In this document: positions 57,139 to 64,000 of the stretch, in pieces | Numbering within the stretch: the first letter of the stretch is position 1 | Layout of the letters: every line of letters begins with the position of its first letter | Assembly: GCA_037147075.1 (NCBI GenBank) | Contig: JBAWVX010000001.1 | Location: 8,917-72,916 of the forward strand | DNA: 64,000 nucleotides | Direction of reading: 5' to 3' | DNA from: a bacterium | GTDB lineage: Bacteria > Verrucomicrobiota > Verrucomicrobiia > Chthoniobacterales > Terrimicrobiaceae | Notes under the pieces: generated by a model | What the model saw: only the letters and a program-made list of their open reading frames with translations | Told to the model about the DNA's origin: nothing | Database searches by the model: none | Made by a program: the position numbers and the translations under genes

Positions 57139-58932
57139 TTAGGCTTGGACAAAGGGCCGTCGAACATCAGCCACACGGATCGTCAGGTCAAGGATTTGTT
57201 TTTGGATTCTTTGCCTCTCCGCTGTCGAAATTTGACTCTCCGCGATGCGGCTTTTGAGGCCTTCGATCTCGCGGGTGAGTTGCTGGACTTGCAGCCCTTG
57301 AATCACCTTTTTGGCCCGTTCCAAAGGCTCCTCTGTGGAGCGGTTCAGATCGATTGCCGAGATCAATCGCTCCTCGGATCCTGTCATTTGCGCCAAGAGC
57401 GTGGATGGGGGAGGGCTGCCATCTTCATACTCCGAGCGTGCGAGTTTTTTAACGATCTCGAAACCGGCTTCGTGGTCCATGGCGGGACTTTGGTCGCGAA
57501 TCCATTCTCTCACTTCCCTGCTCGTCAAGGCAAGTCGGCAGAGCATCTGCATTCCCTCGGAGAGTTGCATCACGTCGCCAGCCTGATCCGGTGTCACGGG
57601 TTCGTCGCCGCGTTCGATTGGCGGAGTCTTCATAGCCACCCGAATCGTCGACTGGGGGAGGCCCAATCGGGAGGCGACGCGGCCTAGGATTGTCTCGCGA
57701 AGCACGGCGTCCTGGATGAGAGCCAATGACGGTGCAATGCGGCTCACAAGACGGGATTTTCCAGTGCTGTCGTTGAGTTCGCCAGAGGTGAAAGCCTCGT
57801 TCACACTGTATTCGAAATAGTCGGTGGCCTGGCTCACGACTTCCAGAAATGCCTGGGGGCCGGATCGACGGATGAGCGAGTCGGGGTCCTCGCCCTGAGG
57901 AAGCGCTACCATCTTAACAATCAAACCCTGCGAGAGCAGTGCTGGAAGCGAGCGTGCGGCGGCTTTTTTTCCCGCAGCATCGGAATCGAAACACAAGAGA
58001 ACGGTTTCGACATAGCGTTTCAAGAGCCGGGCCTGATCGCCTGTGAAAGCGGTGCCTTGTGGGGCAATCACATTCCTCACCCCGGCTTCGAAGGCGGAGA
58101 TCAAATCCAACTGCCCCTCGCAAACAATGGCGGCGTTCTTGTCTATGAGATCGCGCTTGGTTTTGTCGAGTCCATAAAGAACGCGGCCCTTGCTGAAAAG
58201 CGGGGTCTCGGGCGAGTTGACATACTTTGCGGCCTTGGCATCGGCTTCGAGGATGCGTCCGCTGAAGGCGATGACCTCGCCGTAGTCGTTGCGGATTGGA
58301 AACATGATCCGGTTGCGGAACCGGCTGTAGATGGCACTGCCGGAGCGTGACGGTTCATCCTTCGAGGAGGCGAGGCCGCTTTGGATGATTTCCTCGGCGG
58401 AGAATTTGCGAAGGCGGAGGTGTGCGAGCAGGGCGTCCCAGGAGTCGGGTGCGAATCCAAGCTGCCAGGATTTCGCGATGCCCGAATTGATGTCGCGCGA
58501 TTTCAGGTAGTCTCGCGCCGGCGCGGCGTCCGGCGACTTGAGGAGCTGATCGTGAAACCATGCGGACGCCTCGGCGTGGAGTGCGAGAAGGCGTTGCCGC
58601 AGGCCGTGCTTCTGGTGGTCCTCCGCCGAAGCGGTTTCCTCTACGATCGGAATGCCGGCGCGCTGGGCCAGGCGGCGCACTGCCGAGGGAAAATCGAGGT
58701 GCTCGTATTCCATGACGAACCGGAGCACGCCACCGCCCGCGCCGCATCCGAAGCAGTGGTAGTTCTGCCGCGCCGGGTTCACATGAAACGATGGGGACTT
58801 CTCCCGATGGAAGGGACACAGCGCGCGAAAGCTCGTTCCAGCCCGCTTCAGCGGGAAATAGGAGCCAATCAGGTCCACGATGTCGTTCGCCTCGCTGACG
58901 CGCTGGATTGTTTCTTCGGAGATCAGTCCCAC
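57139..58932 (-). CDS. dnaG: DNA primase
   Basis: Zn-ribbon [29 protein letters not shown] and [31 protein letters not shown]. Start placed at GTG 58932 ([12 protein letters not shown]). The rest of ORF 57139-59184 overlaps the divergent nfeD-like gene. Confidence 0.9.
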   Translation of the reverse strand: MGLISEETIQRVSEANDIVDLIGSYFPLKRAGTSFRALCPFHREKSPSFHVNPARQNYHCFGCGAGGGVLRFVMEYEHLDFPSAVRRLAQRAGIPIVEETASAEDHQKHGLRQRLLALHAEASAWFHDQLLKSPDAAPARDYLKSRDINSGIAKSWQLGFAPDSWDALLAHLRLRKFSAEEIIQSGLASSKDEPSRSGSAIYSRFRNRIMFPIRNDYGEVIAFSGRILEADAKAAKYVNSPETPLFSKGRVLYGLDKTKRDLIDKNAAIVCEGQLDLISAFEAGVRNVIAPQGTAFTGDQARLLKRYVETVLLCFDSDAAGKKAAARSLPALLSQGLIVKMVALPQGEDPDSLIRRSGPQAFLEVVSQATDYFEYSVNEAFTSGELNDSTGKSRLVSRIAPSLALIQDAVLRETILGRVASRLGLPQSTIRVAMKTPPIERGDEPVTPDQAGDVMQLSEGMQMLCRLALTSREVREWIRDQSPAMDHEAGFEIVKKLARSEYEDGSPPPSTLLAQMTGSEERLISAIDLNRSTEEPLERAKKVIQGLQVQQLTREIEGLKSRIAESQISTAERQRIQKQILDLTIRVADVRRPFVQA

Positions 58933-58984
58933 GGCGGGAAAATACCTTGCCGGGCACTGGGGCGCGAGGGAGATTTCCAACGCT

Positions 58985-60379
58985 ATGAAGTCCGTTTTTT
59001 TGAGCCTTTTTTTCCTCGTCTCTCTGCTCCCACTGCGGGCGGCGGAGAAATCCCTGTCCACCGGGTCCGTGGTGGTGCTTCCGCTCAGGGGGGCTGTGAG
59101 TGAAGCCCAGTTTTTCTTTTTGCGCAGGGCGCTGAAAAATGCCGAAGCCGTCGCTGCGGCAGCCGTCGTTCTGGATATGGACACTCCCGGCGGGGATCTG
59201 AAGGCGACCGAGAAGATTATTCAAATGTTCGCCGGCAGTCCGATTCCCGCTTACACCTATGTGAATGCGAATGCCGGCTCGGCGGGCGCGCTCATAGCTC
59301 TCGGGACGAAAAAAGTTTTCATGGCCCCGGTCAGCGCCATAGGAGCCGCTGCTCCGGTTGCTGGAAGCGGTCAGGAAATTCCGGAAACAATGAATGCCAA
59401 AATCGTTTCCTATTACTCCGGATACTTCCGCAGCGTGGCCCAAAAAAACGGCTACCATCCCGAGTTGGTGGACGGCTTCATGAATCTGGACAAGGAGGTG
59501 AAGATCGGCGGCGAGGTCATCAATCCCAAGGGGGCCTTGCTCACACTGAGTGCTCAGGAGGCCGTTCGGGAAATCGGCGGCAAGCCGCTCCTGGCGTCTG
59601 GTATTGTGCCGGATATCGCGGCGCTGGCAACGGCCTGTGGCCTCCCGGCGGAACGGATCGTGCGCTTGGAGCCATCCGGCTTTGAAAATCTCGCCCAATG
59701 GATCACCCTGCTCGCTCCATTTTTTCTGCTGGCGGGAATCATGGGGGCGTATCTGGAAATCAAGGCGCCGGGTTTCGGTGTGGCCGGCATCCTCTCTGCC
59801 GTATGCTTCCTTCTGTTCTTTGGCGGGCACTATATTGCGGGCCTCACGGGGCTGGAAATGATCGCTCTTTTTGTGATGGGTGCGGTTTGTATTTTAATCG
59901 AGGTCGTTTTCTTTCCCGGTGTTTTCTTTCTGGCACTAGGCGGCGTCTTGATGGTGCTGGCAGCGATCTTTTTCTCAATGGCGGATCTCTACCCGGCCCA
60001 GCCGCTCATTTTTTCTTTCGAGCTTCTCCAAGTTCCGATGCGGAATTTGATCATCGCATTTATCGGCAGCGCGGTCGGCATTGCCCTTCTGGCGCGGTTT
60101 CTGCCAAACATCCCGCTCTTTCGCGGTCTCTTTTTGTCGTCCAGGACGCCTGCCGGTCCATCCATCGCGTCGGTCGTCACCGAACTCGGCGCTGCAGCCA
60201 AAGTGGGCGTCGGTGAGACCGGTCGGGCCCTCTCCATTCTGCGTCCCTCGGGGCGCGCGGAGATCAGTGGTGCCGTCTTTGATGTCATGACCAACGGCGA
60301 GTTTCTGGAGGCAGGAACAAAAATCCAAGTCCTCGTGGTCAATGGTCAGAACATCATTGTCGGTCGCCAGTCTGATTGA
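58985..60379 (+). CDS. NfeD-family membrane protein with ClpP-class serine-protease domain
   Basis: ATG 58985 gives signal MKSVFLSLFFLVSLLPLRA. Protease-like VVLDMDTPGGDL..NANAGSAGALIALG, four TM helices, and C-terminal OB-fold GETGRALSILRPSGRAEISGAVFDVMTNGEFLEAGTKIQVL. Confidence 0.85.
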   Translation: MKSVFLSLFFLVSLLPLRAAEKSLSTGSVVVLPLRGAVSEAQFFFLRRALKNAEAVAAAAVVLDMDTPGGDLKATEKIIQMFAGSPIPAYTYVNANAGSAGALIALGTKKVFMAPVSAIGAAAPVAGSGQEIPETMNAKIVSYYSGYFRSVAQKNGYHPELVDGFMNLDKEVKIGGEVINPKGALLTLSAQEAVREIGGKPLLASGIVPDIAALATACGLPAERIVRLEPSGFENLAQWITLLAPFFLLAGIMGAYLEIKAPGFGVAGILSAVCFLLFFGGHYIAGLTGLEMIALFVMGAVCILIEVVFFPGVFFLALGGVLMVLAAIFFSMADLYPAQPLIFSFELLQVPMRNLIIAFIGSAVGIALLARFLPNIPLFRGLFLSSRTPAGPSIASVVTELGAAAKVGVGETGRALSILRPSGRAEISGAVFDVMTNGEFLEAGTKIQVLVVNGQNIIVGRQSD

Positions 60380-61550
60380 CCCAGGCCAGAGCGGATTTTG
60401 CCGCCCGTGATCCCGTGGCGAAGCATCCCTGCAAGAGATAGCCTCCCGTGGGAGCCTCCCAGTCTATCATTTCACCCGCGACAAACAGCCCGGGCACTTT
60501 CTTCACCATGAGGGTGTCATCGATTTCCTGCCAGCAAACCCCGCCGGCGCTGGAGATCGCTTCAGCCAACGGGCGAGGTCTTTTGAGGGCAAGGGTGCAG
60601 CATTTTGCCTCGCACGCGATTGATCGGACTTCGCCCCATTCGCTTCTGGCGAGAAGAGCGTATCCGGCATCCGAGAGCTTCCATCTCTGGCGCGCCTCGG
60701 CAGCGAAGTTCCGGCGCACCGATTCCATTTTGGCGACAAGTTGCTCCTGCGTGTGGGCGGGTTTGAGGTCGATTTGGACGGCGGGGGCGGTCATGCCGCG
60801 AAGCGTTCGACCCAAGGTGTAAATCGGTCCGCCTTCGACGCCGTAGCGGGTGATGAGCAACTCGCCCGTGACGGTGTGTCCGTTGGCTTGGACAGTCACA
60901 TTTTTCAGCGGCTTGCCCTCGGCGATGGCGAGAAACCCAGGGTCCCAGTCGCATTCCCAGCCGCAGTTGGCGGCGCTCAGGGGGTTGGTTCCAATACCCA
61001 GACTGGAAAAAAGCTTCACCCACTCGCCATCCGAACCGGTTCGTGGCCACGAGCCGCCTCCCATCGCGAGGATAACGGCATTGGCTTGTGGGGTCGCCCC
61101 ATTGGAAAAGCCAAGTTCGATGGGGTCGCTTGGATTTATGGAGACGAGCCGGTGGTTCATTTCGAAGCGCACGCCAAATTTTCGCAGCCTTGCGACCCAG
61201 GCTCGAAGTAGTGCGGCGGCTTTAAGGGTTTTGAGGTAAACCCGGCCGCTTCCCGCTGCAAAGGTTTCGGCTCCCAGGCTCTTCGCCCATTCGCGAAGCT
61301 CCTGTGGAGGGAATTCGGACAGAAGAGACGGCCAGAAATCTTTCTCCGAGGTGGTGCTGGAGTAGCGCTTCGCAAAATTTTCCAACGATTCCGAGTGGGT
61401 GAGGTTCAGTCCGCCTTTTCCAGCCACAAGGAACTTCCTTCCCACCGATGGCTTGGCATCGAAGAGGGTCACTTCCACCTCTCCAGTGGAGGCGGACTCC
61501 GCTGCCCGCAGTCCAGCTGGTCCGCCGCCGATGATGGCTATCCGTTTCAC
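60354..61550 (-). CDS. FAD-dependent flavoprotein of the HI0933/BaiN-like family
   Basis: 398 aa. A GTG start overlaps the recF stop. KRIAIIGGGPAGLRAAE dinucleotide motif and C-terminal PGLFVAGEMIDWEAPTGGYLLQ, typical of this family. Confidence 0.8.
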   Translation of the reverse strand: MKRIAIIGGGPAGLRAAESASTGEVEVTLFDAKPSVGRKFLVAGKGGLNLTHSESLENFAKRYSSTTSEKDFWPSLLSEFPPQELREWAKSLGAETFAAGSGRVYLKTLKAAALLRAWVARLRKFGVRFEMNHRLVSINPSDPIELGFSNGATPQANAVILAMGGGSWPRTGSDGEWVKLFSSLGIGTNPLSAANCGWECDWDPGFLAIAEGKPLKNVTVQANGHTVTGELLITRYGVEGGPIYTLGRTLRGMTAPAVQIDLKPAHTQEQLVAKMESVRRNFAAEARQRWKLSDAGYALLARSEWGEVRSIACEAKCCTLALKRPRPLAEAISSAGGVCWQEIDDTLMVKKVPGLFVAGEMIDWEAPTGGYLLQGCFATGSRAAKSALAWVNQTGDRQ

Positions 61551-62602
61551 TTGGGATTTGCCGGAGTGAGAATTTTCCCGGCAAGGTTGAAAACCGTCAT
61601 TTCCGCTTCATCACTCGCCCAATCGAGGAATGTGGTGGTGATGAGGGTCTGCGCGCCCACGGGCAGGGCCTCGAGGAGACGGTTCCTGCGGGCGGTGTCG
61701 AGTTCGCCGAAAATGTCGTCGAGCAGTAGCACGGGCGACTTGTTGTGTGTGGACTCGATATGACGCGCCTGGGCGATTTTGAGGGCGAGGGCAATCGTCC
61801 GCTGTTGCCCTTCGGAGGCGAACGAGGCCGCCTTGAGCGAATTCAATGTCAGGTCGACATCGTCCCGGTGTGGTCCGCAAACCGTTTGCCGGAGGCGCTC
61901 TTCTTCCTGACGGGATGCCGCCAGCGATTCGGAAAAGGATTCCCCACAGCCTGGCCTGTAGCTGATTTCCAGATGGTCGCTGGCCGAGCTGATGTCCAAA
62001 CAAGCTGCTGCCGCCAGCGGGGAGAGGGATGAGGTGAGTTGCGACCTCGAGGCGATCAGCACCTCGCCCGCATCGACGAGTGGTTGATCAAAAGCGGCAA
62101 TCTCCCTTCTGGGGCGGCCTTCCTTGAGCAGGGCGTTTCGCGCGCGCAGGGCGCGTTCGTAATCGCGCAAGGCCTTGCGGTAGCCCGGCACGGATTGTGT
62201 TCCGAGGAAGTCCAGAAATCTCCGCCGGGCGGAGGCCGAACCCTTCACCAACTCGAGGTCGGCATTTGAAAACCAGGTTAGGCGTGCTGTGGAGAGGTAG
62301 TCTTCAGATTTCTGCTGCGGCTTGGAATCGAGAAAAATGGTCCTTCCATCCGGCGTGTGGCGGTATTGCAGGCGCGTATCGCCATAAATCCCTTCGATGG
62401 AAAAGCCCTCCGCGCCACTCTGAATCAAATCCGTCGCCGTCGTCGTGCGCGGGGATTGCAGGCGGAGCAACACGCACGCGGCCTCAAGAAGGGAGGTTTT
62501 GCCCTGGGCGTTTTCTCCGACGATGCAGGTGCGGCGGGGAGTCGGAAAAAACTCCAGATTTTCGAAGCAGCGGAAATGGTGAAGCCTGACTTCCCGGATC
62601 AC
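61547..62602 (-). CDS. recF: DNA replication and repair protein RecF
   Basis: Start at GTG 62602 overlaps the rluD stop (GTGA), giving (M)IREVRLHHFRCFENLEFFPTPRRTCIVGENAQGKTSLLEA (Walker A). Signature SEGQQRTIALALK and Walker B VLLLDDIFGELD. Confidence 0.9.
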   Translation of the reverse strand: MIREVRLHHFRCFENLEFFPTPRRTCIVGENAQGKTSLLEAACVLLRLQSPRTTTATDLIQSGAEGFSIEGIYGDTRLQYRHTPDGRTIFLDSKPQQKSEDYLSTARLTWFSNADLELVKGSASARRRFLDFLGTQSVPGYRKALRDYERALRARNALLKEGRPRREIAAFDQPLVDAGEVLIASRSQLTSSLSPLAAAACLDISSASDHLEISYRPGCGESFSESLAASRQEEERLRQTVCGPHRDDVDLTLNSLKAASFASEGQQRTIALALKIAQARHIESTHNKSPVLLLDDIFGELDTARRNRLLEALPVGAQTLITTTFLDWASDEAEMTVFNLAGKILTPANPK

Positions 62603-63531
62603 TCGAACTTCTCCATTCGGTAGGCCTCGCGCCCTCTCGCGGCCTCCAGCGCCCATGAGGGAAAATCCGCCGAGAGCGTTGCAGTGAAATGAACTCGCTT
62701 GCCTGTGTGCGGATGCTTGAAAGCCAGTTTCCAGGCATGGAGGAAATGCCTTTCTTGAGAGCCTCTCCGGCCATACTGCGGGTCGCCGGTCACGGGATGG
62801 CCGAGGTGTTTCAAATGCACACGGATTTGGTGGGTTCGGCCCGTGCGCGGGCGGCATTCGATCAGCGACTTGCCATCCTGGTTCGCCAGCACCCGATAGT
62901 GTGTGAGGGCATCGCGTCCGCGCTCCACGACCGCCATTTTCTGGCGGTGAATCGGATGCCTTCCGATCGCCGCTTCAATCTTTCCGTGAGGCATGCGGGG
63001 AGTTCCATCGGCAAGGGCCAAATAGGATTTTTCAACCTCGCGCGAGGCGAATTGCGCCGAGAGCGAGTTGTGGGCAGCCTCTGTTTTAGCCACCACGAGA
63101 CAGCCGGAGGTTTCCTTGTCCAAGCGATGCACGATGCCGGGGCGGCCCTCTCCTCCCACAACTTCCAGCCCGCCGCAATGGTGAAGCAGTCCGTTGGCCA
63201 GAGTGCCCTCTCGATTGCCCGCCCCCGGGTGCACAACCAGGCCCGGTGGCTTGTTCAAGACGATGAGCATGTCGTCCTCGAAAATCACATCGAGTGACAT
63301 TTCTTGGGCCGCCAGGGGCGATGGGGACGTTTCCTGGGGAATCTCAAAAACCACCTCGTCTCCAGGTCTCAGGGGATAGGAAGGCTTCGAAGGCATGTTA
63401 TTCACCATCGCATGTCCGTTGCGAATGAAGTCTTGGAGTCGGGAGCGCGAGAATTCTGGAGAGGCGCTGCCTAAAAATTTATCCAAACGCTGACCCGCCA
63501 GTTCCGGCGTAATAAAAAAATGAAGTGGCAT
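62599..63531 (-). CDS. rluD: RluA-family 23S rRNA pseudouridine synthase (RluD-like)
   Basis: 310 aa with S4 domain (RLDKFL), catalytic HRLDKETSGCLVVAK, and RTGRTHQIRVHL. Confidence 0.9.
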   Translation of the reverse strand: MPLHFFITPELAGQRLDKFLGSASPEFSRSRLQDFIRNGHAMVNNMPSKPSYPLRPGDEVVFEIPQETSPSPLAAQEMSLDVIFEDDMLIVLNKPPGLVVHPGAGNREGTLANGLLHHCGGLEVVGGEGRPGIVHRLDKETSGCLVVAKTEAAHNSLSAQFASREVEKSYLALADGTPRMPHGKIEAAIGRHPIHRQKMAVVERGRDALTHYRVLANQDGKSLIECRPRTGRTHQIRVHLKHLGHPVTGDPQYGRRGSQERHFLHAWKLAFKHPHTGKRVHFTATLSADFPSWALEAARGREAYRMEKFE

Positions 63532-63636
63532 GCTGTTGGCCCCGGCAAATCAAGGACGGTTTCGACAACGACTTTGGCTGCGCTCTAGCCGCAAGGCAAG
63601 GACATCGAGACTCCGCCATCAAAGGCTCGGGAAGTC

Positions 63637-64000
63637 CTATCGCTGGGCGATTTCACGAAGCATCTGTTCATATCCCTCCCGCTGGATGGCGTATTGCAGC
63701 TCTTGCTCCGCCCCATTGAAGACGAAGAGGGCAATCAGAAGAAGCATCGGGTTTCCAAAAAAGCCTGCCACGGCAAACAAGAATGCTAGGACTTGTCCGG
63801 TTCGAGCAGCCGCCCGTGTCGCCGTGAGGTGACTGAATTTCATGGCCAGCAGTGCGCGGAGAACACGTCCGCCATCCATGGGAAAGGCGGGAATCATATT
63901 GAAAAGAATCAAACCGCAATTCATCGCAAGCAGGTTGTGCAGCATGATCCGCAGTGATGTTTCCGGACCCGCTAGAATGCCACCGGTCAGCGTCAGGATT
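63637..64000 (-). CDS. site-2 protease (M50 family) C-terminal part, 5' end outside window
   Basis: NLLAMNCGLILFNMIPAFPMDGGRVLRALL (NxxPxxPxDGG motif). The reading frame stays open to the window edge upstream of the listed Met. Confidence 0.8.
   Translation of the reverse strand, partial: ILTLTGGILAGPETSLRIMLHNLLAMNCGLILFNMIPAFPMDGGRVLRALLAMKFSHLTATRAAARTGQVLAFLFAVAGFFGNPMLLLIALFVFNGAEQELQYAIQREGYEQMLREIAQR

Noticed and set aside
58355-59830. 491-aa minus-strand ORF
   Set aside because: It runs antisense to the nfeD-like gene and out of frame with dnaG. Its Arg/Pro/Gly-rich composition has no motifs.

Overview
Compact bacterial chromosomal window with many 4-nt start/stop overlaps. PEP-CTERM/exosortase genes and GACAGGATG-type intergenic repeats suggest Verrucomicrobiota, but this is unverified. 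1-10.2 kb: rpoB (3' end)-rpoC-rpsB-tsf, then dapF-dapA-dapB-folK-panB. 10.5-16.6 kb: exosortase/EPS locus (priming sugar transferase, exosortase with extra C-terminal domain, TPR protein, divergent rfbA). 16.6-24.3 kb: lipoprotein, CPA2 antiporter, and a minus-strand block of MBL/beta-CASP hydrolase, Spt-like alpha-oxoamine synthase, GNAT-like acyltransferase and aldo-keto reductase. 24.3-32.2 kb: accessory DNA with a repeat-bracketed vapBC + rpn islet, a GT2 gene, a PEP-CTERM protein, other secreted proteins and a Sel1 protein. 32.4-54.3 kb is the most unusual part. A 3888-aa TpsA-type exoprotein and its TpsB transporter are separated by a tightly packed TonB-ExbD-(DUF2341-LamG-ExbB) motor, a 764-aa porin-like barrel, a coiled-coil protein and a parvulin PPIase. 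A DUF1016 nuclease cassette is inserted just upstream of tpsA. 54.6-64 kb: dnaG-rpoD, nfeD-like gene, flavoprotein, recF, rluD, and a partial site-2 protease. No rRNA, tRNA or CRISPR array was seen. All calls rest on reading the translated ORFs and the DNA by eye; no database search was possible.
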